Assembly (NCBI GenBank): GCA_964623075.1
Contig: CAZUVD010000006.1
Location: 333-64,332, forward strand
DNA: 64,000 nt
Source of the DNA: an uncultured Coxiellaceae bacterium
Lineage (GTDB): Bacteria; Pseudomonadota; Gammaproteobacteria; DSM-16500
Direction: 5' to 3'
A program made the translations under genes and the position numbers. Of the stretch, positions 49,686 through 59,455 are shown piece after piece. A model generated the notes under the pieces. That model did no database searches. It saw only the letters and a program-made list of their open reading frames with translations, and was not told the DNA's origin. Numbering within the stretch: position 1 is the first letter of the stretch; every line of letters begins with the position of its first letter.

Positions 49686-50568
49686 TTATCTAGGTTACAT
49701 TGTCTGGCATAGTCTACCATCCGATGCTCAGTTTGATTTAAACGTACTCACGGAACTTGTGGAGGAAAATTCTATTCCTCTACAGGTTCCGAGTTCTCCG
49801 ACTAAAGCAAATCTATTTAAACGTGGTTGTAAAAATGCTACCTTTAAGTATGATGAAGAACATGCTAAGGTTGGTGTGACTAAGCGCAAGGTATATGTTC
49901 GTCCCTCTAAGGAAACGAATGAGTTCATCGAACGTAAAATTGCTAGACATAGGGTCAATAAAAGTTCTGGACTTAATGTAGAAGAAGATATTGGCACTCT
50001 TACTTTCGACAAAAGAACAGGGACCTATGAATATTCTAATGAGGAACTTACAGAAGACTTTGTAAGAGTAATGGCAATCATCGACGGAGAACTGAACAGC
50101 AATAACCTTATTGATCATCTAGCGATGAGAAATATTGTAAGAACATTCTTGGAAGATCAACTCAATGCTCTCTGGCTCCGTTCTGGAACCTACTTTATTG
50201 AGAAGGAAGATCTTCCTCTTGCCAAAGACTTAGAGGGAGTGTGTTTAACACTTGGTCAATCTGATCTAAGGATCATTCCTTTGGTCGATGATTTAAACCA
50301 GCAAGATTTAGTTGCCAAAGCTTTTCAGACTGAAATTAACAAGAAACTCAGCGAGTTCGATGAACTGTTAACTTCTCTCCAAACTTCAGATAAACAGCCA
50401 ACGTCACTACAAATTTCCAACCTTGAAACATTCATCAAGGGAATGAAATATCTAGAGTGCCGTGCTTCATCTCTACTTGATATGGTTACTGTTGTGGAAC
50501 AGTCATATATGGCAACAATATCATATGAAACTTATACAAACTCTTTAAAGGAAAAATATGGAAAGTAA
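49678..50568 (+). CDS. DUF6744-like protein
   Basis: LGYIVW.S N-terminus, R..GTYFI motif, coiled-coil C-terminus. Confidence 0.55.
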   Translation: MNDYLGYIVWHSLPSDAQFDLNVLTELVEENSIPLQVPSSPTKANLFKRGCKNATFKYDEEHAKVGVTKRKVYVRPSKETNEFIERKIARHRVNKSSGLNVEEDIGTLTFDKRTGTYEYSNEELTEDFVRVMAIIDGELNSNNLIDHLAMRNIVRTFLEDQLNALWLRSGTYFIEKEDLPLAKDLEGVCLTLGQSDLRIIPLVDDLNQQDLVAKAFQTEINKKLSEFDELLTSLQTSDKQPTSLQISNLETFIKGMKYLECRASSLLDMVTVVEQSYMATISYETYTNSLKEKYGK

Positions 50569-51595
50569 AAAAGTGGAAAGTAAACAAGTTCTATGCTATT
50601 CTAATTGGGATTTCAATGAACAGTATCTAGCAATGAATCCAGTCTTCCTTGTTGATTATAGCTTAAGTAAAAGTGGAAGCGCCGTATACTTTATCAATGG
50701 TTTAGAAACTAATGCACAGCTATATGTAGAACTTGCTCATGCTCTTACACCATCTTCGGAGATTGTCATTAGTCCAAGTGGTTTTGTAGAGGTAGAACCT
50801 TTCTGGATGACTCATGCATACGATACAATCGTTGCTCTTGATGGAAAGGTCATCTTAAACGGGCTTGCAATTTCTCCTGACTCAGATGAGTTTGCGAAAT
50901 CCAATGGAACAGTTTGTTGGCTAAAGCATGACGCAGGAGAGTACAGATTATCTTTTGGATATAAGCACGCTGGGAACATCACGCCTCCACAGATTGATCG
51001 TAAAGTAACTCTCTATGATGACAAGTTGTGGGTAATTGATTCGCTATATGATTTAGCTACCGGTGCGGATTCTATTCCCCCTCCATATACTTATCCTAAT
51101 TTGGGTGATAAAATTATTCCGAATAAAGACGACCTGTCTTTTAAGAGTCTTTTAAAGGACGAGTTACAAGTTAAGCAAGACAAAGACACTAAGCAAGTCT
51201 CCTTCTTCGATGCAGCGTTGGCCACTATAAACAACAACAATATTAATACATCATATCATCCGACTAACGACCCAATAGAAAACTATATGAACCTACTTAA
51301 GCTAAATGAAAATATAGAATTAGAAAATGTAATCAAGTCGAACAGAACTCTGGTAATCATTCATGGTGACAGTTCATCAACAGGTGATTACCAAGAGAGA
51401 GTAGTAAGGTTAGTAAGTGGTTTCAATACACACGATAACATCAAAGCTGTTGTTGTAACAATCACTGGTGATAAGTTTTACAGTGGAGTTACCTTCCAGA
51501 ACCCCCCATCGGATAAGGTAATTGATCCAGAGAAACTTGAAGAAACCAAGAAACAATTCGTACAAATAGTAGAGGTTACTGATGGCAGAATCTGA
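50558..51595 (+). CDS. Hypothetical protein
   Basis: 345-aa ORF coupled to its neighbours. Confidence 0.7.
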   Translation: MESKKVESKQVLCYSNWDFNEQYLAMNPVFLVDYSLSKSGSAVYFINGLETNAQLYVELAHALTPSSEIVISPSGFVEVEPFWMTHAYDTIVALDGKVILNGLAISPDSDEFAKSNGTVCWLKHDAGEYRLSFGYKHAGNITPPQIDRKVTLYDDKLWVIDSLYDLATGADSIPPPYTYPNLGDKIIPNKDDLSFKSLLKDELQVKQDKDTKQVSFFDAALATINNNNINTSYHPTNDPIENYMNLLKLNENIELENVIKSNRTLVIIHGDSSSTGDYQERVVRLVSGFNTHDNIKAVVVTITGDKFYSGVTFQNPPSDKVIDPEKLEETKKQFVQIVEVTDGRI

Positions 51596-51789
51596 ACATG
51601 AAGTTATGACCGCTCTCAGGGACGATGAGACTTGGGGGTTGACATGCAAGTGCGGGTGGACTAGTGTTGCCTCTAGCGAGGTTTACACCGACGCAATCGC
51701 CCGCAGGCATTATCTCGTAAAAGAGATTTGGCCCTTTGAAGAAGACGACATGCCAGAAAACTGGCCCCACAACGAATAAGGAATTTGCA

Positions 51790-52707
51790 ATGGTAGTAGA
51801 AGAACATCAAGATCATTCACTAGCTCCCAGGACTTGGGACACTTATATTGGACAGGCCAAAGTTAAAGAACGCCTACAGCTATCTATTCAAGGTGCGTTA
51901 GATCGCTTTGAACCACTAAAGCATACGCTCATACTTGGCTCTGCTGGTACTGGTAAGACTTCACTTGCTGAACTAGTAGCTCAGGAAATGAACATGGAAC
52001 TCATGGCTCTCACCATGACTCCTAACTTTAAGATGGGTTCACTGTATGCGAAGATTAAAAACTTCGACGGCGGCATCATCTTCCTAGATGAGATTCACTG
52101 TCTCAATAGTAAGAGCCAGCACTATCTTCTAGATGTGCTAGAGAAGCGTAAGATGACCTACGACAGTGGCAAGGTCGAATATCTCACTGTCCCAATTACA
52201 TTCATCGCCGCTACTACAGAGCAGGATAAGCTTATTACTCCACTGTACGATAGATTCCCCCTACGTCATACGCTAGAGGCTTACAATGAGGTAGAGATGG
52301 CTCAGATTGTTGAGCGCATGGCTTTAATGCTTGGACTAGGTGTGACTAAAGAATCATGTCTAGCTCTTGGTAGAGCCAGTGCTGGCATTCCTCGACAGGC
52401 TAGACGTTTAGTCTTTGCTGCACAGGATCTTGGCTCATTAGAAAAAGTAGATGAGATTCTAGAAACCTGTGGCATCACTGCCGATGGTCTAACAGAAGAT
52501 CACCTAGCTTATCTAAGAGCCTTGGAACAGCTTGGTCGTAATGGTAGACCAGTTGGTGTCAAGAATATTACCAACCTCTCCGGTCGTCCTCGTGACATCG
52601 TAGAGAAACTAGAGAAACTACTCATCGACAAAGAGATGGTAGAGTTAACATCAGGTGGTAGAGTGCTACTTTATAGTGGTCTACAGACTCTTAAGGAGAA
52701 TGCGTAA
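51790..52707 (+). CDS. ruvB: RuvB-like AAA+ ATPase
   Basis: L.P.TW..YIGQ, GSAGTGKT, FLDEIH, FIAATT, PL.DRF, G.PR and C-terminal wHTH ...GR. Confidence 0.85.
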   Translation: MVVEEHQDHSLAPRTWDTYIGQAKVKERLQLSIQGALDRFEPLKHTLILGSAGTGKTSLAELVAQEMNMELMALTMTPNFKMGSLYAKIKNFDGGIIFLDEIHCLNSKSQHYLLDVLEKRKMTYDSGKVEYLTVPITFIAATTEQDKLITPLYDRFPLRHTLEAYNEVEMAQIVERMALMLGLGVTKESCLALGRASAGIPRQARRLVFAAQDLGSLEKVDEILETCGITADGLTEDHLAYLRALEQLGRNGRPVGVKNITNLSGRPRDIVEKLEKLLIDKEMVELTSGGRVLLYSGLQTLKENA

Positions 52708-53279
52708 TGGGTGATAGATCAGCAATTGAGATTCTTCACAACGCCTATGCACCAAAGGAAGGCACCGAAACAAAGTCGGTAAGTCTTTACTGTCATTGGA
52801 GTGGCGAAAGACTACTCAGAGATTTAAAAGAGGCTATGGCAACAGAAATTGCTAGGGCACGTTGGGATGACCCAGGTTACCTAACTAGAATTATCTTCCA
52901 AACTATTCTAGATGATAGTGGCTTACTGGAAACTGGCTATGGAATCTACCCAGGTAGCGCAGAGCCAATGATTGAACATCCTATTATTACCGTTGATGTA
53001 GAGGCGCAGAATGTTTCTTTCGGAGATAGTCTATGGTCTTTCGAAGGTTTTGTCTCGTCAGACATTCACGGCTATGTTTGCAATGCCTATGATGAAGACT
53101 ACAATCTAAGAACATATGATGAGTGGCTTGATTGGAATAAGTCACTGGCTGCGCCGAAAATAAAAACCAAACTCAGTGATGAGAAATTTGAAGAGGCTCT
53201 ACATACAGTAGCCCTTCTAGATCAAGAGGCAAAATTAAGAGGCTGGGAATCAGTCGTAGATGCAATGAATAATCTTTAA
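52707..53279 (+). CDS. Conserved hypothetical phage protein
   Basis: MGDR...LY.HW.G...RWDDP.YLTRIIF pattern. Confidence 0.7.
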   Translation: MGDRSAIEILHNAYAPKEGTETKSVSLYCHWSGERLLRDLKEAMATEIARARWDDPGYLTRIIFQTILDDSGLLETGYGIYPGSAEPMIEHPIITVDVEAQNVSFGDSLWSFEGFVSSDIHGYVCNAYDEDYNLRTYDEWLDWNKSLAAPKIKTKLSDEKFEEALHTVALLDQEAKLRGWESVVDAMNNL

Positions 53280-53289
53280 GGAGATTGTG

Positions 53290-54081
53290 ATGGAAAAGAA
53301 AATTAAAGCATACGTATCACAGCTAACCATGCACTTTGGTTCTGCTACTGTAACTGGTTCACTTGTACCAGTTCGTGCGGTAGCCACTCGTCCAGAGTAT
53401 AAACTTATCAGCCCTGATGGCAAGCCTGTGGAACAGGTCTACCGTGATTACGATGGTAAGATCTGGGAAAAGGATGTTCTACAGCGTTACGAGAAGAATG
53501 ATCCTGAGCGTAAGATCGTTCCTGATGAGGCAGTTCAGCAGGCTAAAGAGTCTAGTCTGCCCAAGAACATCATGAATCTTACCGCTCATCCTCGTTCAGA
53601 CGTAGAGCGTTATGTATTCCCTTCCACTAATCAGGCATATATCTTCCGTCCCGTGATCAAGAACACCAAGGGCAAAGAGATTAAAGATCCTGTCAACGTA
53701 CAGTGGTATGATTTCATCAACACCATTCTCCGTGACTCTGATCTAGGTCTACTTGGTCTTTGTAATCTACAGAACCACGAAGGTCTATTCCGTCTAGGTC
53801 TATACCAGGGTTGGGTGACTGTTCAGAAACAACTTTACCCAGAAGAACTAAACCAGTTCGAAGTGTACGAACCATCTCTAGGTGAAGCTGTCCGCGAGAA
53901 GGCTCTAGCTGTCTCTCAGAAGACCGCAGTTGATTTCCAGCGTGACGAGTACGTCAACATGGTTACTCAGCGTCTACTGGCTCTTAAGCCAGACTCAGAG
54001 GGTGTTGTAAATGCTCTCCCCGTTGCTCCTGTTGCCCAGGAGATTGATATGTTAGCCGCACTAGATAGTTTCGGAGTTTAA
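53290..54081 (+). CDS. Ku-like DNA end-binding protein
   Basis: FG..V...L N-terminus, G.PV.QVY, L.YP.E, F....Y.N......L and C-terminal DMLAAL resemble prokaryotic Ku; size about 264 aa. Confidence 0.6.
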   Translation: MEKKIKAYVSQLTMHFGSATVTGSLVPVRAVATRPEYKLISPDGKPVEQVYRDYDGKIWEKDVLQRYEKNDPERKIVPDEAVQQAKESSLPKNIMNLTAHPRSDVERYVFPSTNQAYIFRPVIKNTKGKEIKDPVNVQWYDFINTILRDSDLGLLGLCNLQNHEGLFRLGLYQGWVTVQKQLYPEELNQFEVYEPSLGEAVREKALAVSQKTAVDFQRDEYVNMVTQRLLALKPDSEGVVNALPVAPVAQEIDMLAALDSFGV

Positions 54082-55187
54082 TATGGAAGATGAAGATCTA
54101 GCATATATTGCATCAGAAATCTGGAATGAAGGTTGGTTTCAAGCTTTCTTGGATAACAAAGAACATATTCCAGGTAATATAATTGTAGATTGGAATAAGC
54201 TACAGGCTATGTGTAGAGTAATCCAACGTAAAGTAGATACACTTCTAAAAGAATATCCAATTTGATAGGATTATTATGACACCACAACAGAAAAAGAAAG
54301 CTGATGCCTTCATGGCAGAACGCATGGCAATTCAGGATCAGTTTGATAAGGACTTCAAGACGCTCATGATGGGCGTCGGAGTCCCCGAAGATATACTAGA
54401 TGAAACAATTGACAACGCTAAAGGACACTTTGCATGAGTACGAATGTGATTTTCGAAAACGAGTTAAAAGAAATCCTAGACTTTATTAAGTCTCTGAAAA
54501 AGATTCCAGTAGAGCAGACCGCTATCTCTTTAGGAGACATTCCTATTGTGGATAGTAATGGCGAGACTCTAGGTAGTGTTAAGTTAGATAGATTCCAACC
54601 CGGTGGTCCAGCATGGGCCTTCAAACCAGGAGAACTAGATGTTGAATCATGATGCAATAATCGAACAGCAGTTACAGGACCAGTCATTAGTAGAGGGTAT
54701 CGAATATGATACCCTCTACGCCGATGACGAAGAGTATGATGGAACTGATTACCAGTGGTTCACTGATGATTACTATGTAGAAAGTTATGACGCCTATGAA
54801 GAAGAAACGAGATTTACAGGAACAAAGATTGCATGAAACCATACTGGCTGCCCGACTACGAGAAAGACGTGAGAGAAAACAAGCTCTTGCAGAAGGTCGC
54901 AAGCAGCGTGCTCAGACGTTTAAATCTAAAAGGGATTACGACAGAAAAGACAAAGGATGGAAACATGATACCTGATGACCCACTAGATAGAGCAAGAATT
55001 CTAGAAGAGAAAATTAGACGGGCGTTAAGTTCTATCAATCTTGAACTAGAAACGGTAAGCGTCAATCTAGATGAAGAACATAATGATACACTAAGTCTAC
55101 GAATTAGAATTCTACCCGAGGCCATCATGACACCTGATGAAGTCAAAGTAGACACCGACTTCCAGCAAATAATCAAAGGGTTTAAAG

Positions 55188-55967
55188 ATGAGGGCACAGC
55201 TACCTAAAAATACAAATACCCCACAGCAATATCTGAAATCAGATAAGTGGGGTATGCAGCAGAAAATTGATGGATGGAGAATGCTTCTATCCTGCGGTGA
55301 AAAGGTTGAGATATTCAATCGTAAGGGTGACCTTCTAGAATGTCCAGAGAATATTGTTGACTACTTTAAGGAGTTCACTACAAGCTGGACGTTTGATGGT
55401 GAGCTACTGAATGGTGTATATTACATCTTCGACCTATTAGAAATACCTACAGGTAACGTCCAGTCATGGCCGCTGTCCCGTAGGTATGAGATGTTAGAGA
55501 TGATATCTTCGAAGTTCGATGGCCCTATAGAACTCGTCCCTCTTATTATAGAGGATAAGAAAGAAAAGTTTCAAGAGTTTAAGGACGGCCGTAATGAGGG
55601 AGTGGTATTCAAACTACTCTCTGCGCCCTACATCAACAAAGAGACTTCCAACTTCTTGAAGTTCAAGTTCATCAGCCAAGTTGATTGTGTTATCCTCGAC
55701 AAAGGTATTGACAACAAGGACAACTTCCTATTAGGATTGTTTGATGGAGTCGGATTCCAAGAGGTTGGCAAGTGTTCAGCTCTCACTGGTGACGGACCCA
55801 ATGTAAAGATTGGTGACGTTGTTCAAGTAGACATCTTATATGTCACCAAGGGTGATAGGTTGTATCAACCAGTCAAACCAAAATTAAGATTTGATAAAAC
55901 CCCACAGGAATGTCTTGTAGATCAGTTAGAACTCTACAGAGCTAACAAGAAAGTCTCTCTACTTTAG
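55188..55967 (+). CDS. Minimal ATP-dependent DNA ligase
   Basis: Motifs QKIDGWR, NR, FDGEL, FDLL, EGVVFK and KFK; OB domain ending QP....R.DK. Confidence 0.9.
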   Translation: MRAQLPKNTNTPQQYLKSDKWGMQQKIDGWRMLLSCGEKVEIFNRKGDLLECPENIVDYFKEFTTSWTFDGELLNGVYYIFDLLEIPTGNVQSWPLSRRYEMLEMISSKFDGPIELVPLIIEDKKEKFQEFKDGRNEGVVFKLLSAPYINKETSNFLKFKFISQVDCVILDKGIDNKDNFLLGLFDGVGFQEVGKCSALTGDGPNVKIGDVVQVDILYVTKGDRLYQPVKPKLRFDKTPQECLVDQLELYRANKKVSLL

Positions 55968-56751
55968 AAGGGTGGAGGACCAGGAGGATAGACGGGATGA
56001 ATTCCATTATCCTTCAACTGGTCCGTTAGCATCTGGATACCAATACGAAGGTCAGCAATGCTTGCTTCTAGGTGTGGTATCTTAGCTACTTGTACCTGTA
56101 GGTCGTCTAATTGCAGAGCCATTCTGGCGTTCTGTTCAATAAGCGTTTGGTTTTGTTCTTGATATCTCTTATCAGACAGAGCAGACTGGACACGAACCTT
56201 CTCAATAAGTTCACCAGCGGCACGCTGAATGATATCAGCAGCATCAGCATCTACTTTCTCAACTTCGGCGTGGGTCTTTCGTTTATTAAACCAATAGTTA
56301 AGTAGAGCCGTTATAGAACCAGAGGCAAATAGTGCCAAAACTAATACCAGCCAGTAAGGTTGACTGGCGGCAGCTTGCTGTGCTAACATGTAGTACATTA
56401 TTCATCTACCTCTTCCAATACTTTAGCTTCCAACTCTGTCCATAGTCTTACAGAAGTCACGGCAGGAAGAACCCATACAATTGGCCAAACTATAATAGAA
56501 ACGCCTCTCATGGCAGATGACCAAATTAGGAATGTTGGATCTAGCAGTAGAAGAATAAGATAACTAACACAGTAGATAAAAGCAAGCCCGGCAATTAAGA
56601 AACTAACTTTCCTAAACTTTGAGATGCCACTCTTATACGCTTTACGATTAAAATAGAATGCAAAGCAAGCTCCAAAAAAATTGATCCATATAACGAAGTT
56701 CTCAAAGAGAGTTAGATTATCGTTTGATAGCAAGTGCAACAAATACGTCAT
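55964..56751 (-). CDS. Two coupled antisense membrane proteins (56398-56751, 3 TM; 55964-56398, TM plus coiled coil)
   Basis: Hydrophobic helices; TAATG coupling; resemble lysis-cassette-type membrane proteins. Confidence 0.65.
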
Positions 56752-57255
56752 CCAACAGCCCCTTTCTCGCCTAGACTTCCTCGTCTATGGAATATATCGG
56801 TAATTTTATTAATGAAAGGTGTTCGACAAATGAATAAAGAAGAACTAGAAGTAGGAAGTGTCTATGAAGTTGATGGACGGCACTTTAATGTTGGGGTATG
56901 GACAGGTGAAGACTTCCGTGGCCCTGCTGTAGAATTTAAACACATAGTCTTCCGACACGAGCGCCATTACGATGATGGATTGCCTGATGGGACCTGTAAA
57001 CCCCTCAGAAAACTCAATGATATACAGCTAAAGCCTCCTTACGATGGAATGAATTTGCTGAAGCTAATGAAAATATTAGACGACGAGCTACTAGAAAGAC
57101 GAAACGATGGCTAAAACTTATAAAGTTGAATTAGAATTAACCGCAGATGAGTTAGATTACATAGAAGATGTGTGGTATTATGACTCTCGGGATCAGAAAA
57201 CCACTGAGCAGATACTAAAATATAAAGTTTACTATGCCATTGGAGATTACATAAA

Positions 57256-58005
57256 ATGAGGATATTAGTTAGTGGCGATAGTCACGCTGATAGAAGCCAC
57301 GTAAAGTCAATGGCTTACCGCGCAGAGAAGTTTGAATGCGATAGAATCTTTGTCGTTGGTGACTATGGTTTCTGGCCTCGTGATAAGGGCGGTATAAAAT
57401 ATCTAGATGATATAGCAAAGCTAGACTTCCCTGTCTACTTCCTCGCTGGTAACCATGAAGATTGGGACATCCTTGACGCTCACGTTGAAGATCCGAGTAT
57501 AAGCGATGAAGGTTTTATTGAAGTACATCCAAACTCTTTCTATGCTCCTACTGGATTTAGCTGGACATGGGATGATGTCAAATTCTTAGCTGTTGGTGGA
57601 GCATACTCCATCGACCGTAAGCGTAGAGTCAAATTCATTAGCTGGTTCCCTCAGGAGATTATCACAGAGGAAGATGTAGCTAACTGTATGGGTGTCGGTG
57701 AAGTTGATGTGATCTTATCACACGATAGCCCTGCGGGTGCAGACCTGAGGTTAGAATTCGCCAACCAGTATGGTGATATGAGAGAGTTCTGGATCGAAGA
57801 GAACACTGAGCTTAACCGTCAGAGACTACAGGTTATTGTGGATATGACTCATCCTAAATATCTTGTGCATGGTCACTGGCACCTCAGTTACAAGCAGAAG
57901 ATAGGTGATCTGTTTATTCAGGGACTCAACTGTAATGCTAATCCTGATTACTTCACCGTAATAGACACAGACATTATAAACGAAAATAGAAAAGAGCTAA
58001 CATGA
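57256..58005 (+). CDS. Calcineurin-like metallophosphoesterase
   Basis: GDSH, GDYG, GNHE, GGAYSIDR, SHDSP and HGHWH motifs. Confidence 0.9.
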   Translation: MRILVSGDSHADRSHVKSMAYRAEKFECDRIFVVGDYGFWPRDKGGIKYLDDIAKLDFPVYFLAGNHEDWDILDAHVEDPSISDEGFIEVHPNSFYAPTGFSWTWDDVKFLAVGGAYSIDRKRRVKFISWFPQEIITEEDVANCMGVGEVDVILSHDSPAGADLRLEFANQYGDMREFWIEENTELNRQRLQVIVDMTHPKYLVHGHWHLSYKQKIGDLFIQGLNCNANPDYFTVIDTDIINENRKELT

Positions 58006-58482
58006 ATTTAGGACAGTTTAAACTATTTGTAAGTAATATCCCAGATCAATACAATGGCGTAGAGGTTCTCGGCTCTACCGATGACGAAGGTAATAGCTTC
58101 AGAGAATTGAGCGGCATAGGGATTGAACTAGGCAGAGAAGACTATGGTGAGTGGGAGTTCTTCGAAGAAGGGTACCATGATGAAGAAGATAAAGAAGATT
58201 ACACAGAAGTAGCGGTGGTCTGGTGAAAGTAGCAGATAAAGTAATAATTATTGACTGTTATGAATCAGAATGGGCAGCGATCTATCTAGATGGAGTAATT
58301 CTTTATCAATCAGATTCAGATTACCTTCATGTGAACACAGCCGCTTGCATATTCAATGATCTAGGTTGTGAGGTTGAAATAATGACCTGTCCACCAGACA
58401 TATATTATACCCGACAAGCAAAGTATAATGATCCATACCCAAATAAACTAGAAGACATAGAAGAATTCTTAGAGTAAAGAAA

Positions 58483-58512
58483 AGCCAGACCTTTCGGGGT
58501 CTGGCTTTTTTT
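58483..58512 (+). terminator. Intrinsic terminator ending the plus-strand block
   Basis: agccagacct-ttcg-gggtctggct followed by a T run; an A-tract upstream suggests it may be bidirectional. Confidence 0.9.
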
Positions 58513-58724
58513 GTGCCCAAATTCACCTGAGAGTTCTCTCAGGCTGAGCAGGCTCTCAGGCTGGAATGTCATTTCCCACAGCGTGCCTGCGTGCTCACCT
58601 AAGCGCCGCTAGGTCATCCATGCCCAGGCACCTTGGTCCGTCTAGAACTCTCAACAGGGAGGCTTACAGGAGCCTTAGAGAGCAAGTTAGTCTCTAGCCC
58701 TGGTTCTGGCACCTGAATCTGGAC

Positions 58725-58754
58725 AAAGAAAAACCCCGCACCGAAATGCGGGGT
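58725..58754 (-). terminator. Intrinsic terminator ending the minus-strand block
   Basis: Minus strand reads accccgca-tttcgg-tgcggggt-ttttcttt. Confidence 0.85.
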
Positions 58755-58777
58755 GAATCTTTTACTTTAAGAGGAAC

Positions 58778-59305
58778 TTAGAGTCTCCAAGGAGAAGTTC
58801 CTGCGGCCTGATAGAGCGTGTAAGCTGCTTTGTTATTGCACAGAGCATCATACTTTTGAGCTGGGGTACAACCTACAGAGTAATATCTGTGGTCGTGCAT
58901 TGCAAGCATTTGCCAGCAACCTGCGGCGGTGCTTGTTGGGTTGTCAGCAGTAGGATCATTTCCTGATTCTCTCATGATAATACTCTGACCCCACGACCAT
59001 GATGAAGCTGGGAAAACTTGTTTCATCGCAGAAATACAATCTGTTGGTCGTTGTTGAGAAGCAATGATGCCTAAGTAGTAGGCTGTTTGCTGCTCATGAA
59101 GTGCTTTTGCTACTGACTGCTGAGCCAGTGTGGCATCTTCATAGGTCCATTCTGCTCTAGCTTGTTCAAGTGTCTGAGTTTGTGCAACTGAGTCACCTAG
59201 AGTGACGAAGAACATATACTGTTCTGCATCGGTACAAGCTGAAGCTGTTAAGGTTAAAGCTATAAATGACATTACAATAATTAAGGTACGTTTAAGATAT
59301 GACAT
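58778..59305 (-). CDS. Secreted/lipoprotein lytic transglycosylase (SLT-like)
   Basis: Signal peptide with ASAC lipobox; IIMRESG...A.NP.STAAG.WQ; ...G.SPW. Confidence 0.85.
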   Translation of the reverse strand: MSYLKRTLIIVMSFIALTLTASACTDAEQYMFFVTLGDSVAQTQTLEQARAEWTYEDATLAQQSVAKALHEQQTAYYLGIIASQQRPTDCISAMKQVFPASSWSWGQSIIMRESGNDPTADNPTSTAAGCWQMLAMHDHRYYSVGCTPAQKYDALCNNKAAYTLYQAAGTSPWRL

Positions 59306-59426
59306 CGGTTTCCTTTCGCCGGTGAATAAAATAAAAGTGCCCCAAAGACGCTCCGAGAAGCGCCTAATGGGGCACCCACTCAACGAATCACACGCTGAGA
59401 TTTGATGTGGCTAGTCCACACCCACT

Positions 59427-59455
59427 ATATTACTATATACTACGGCCAGTGTCAA
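59427..59455 (-). promoter_or_regulatory. Putative housekeeping-sigma promoter for the SLT gene
   Basis: Minus strand TTGACA-N17-TAATAT overlapping the end of recA. Confidence 0.55.
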
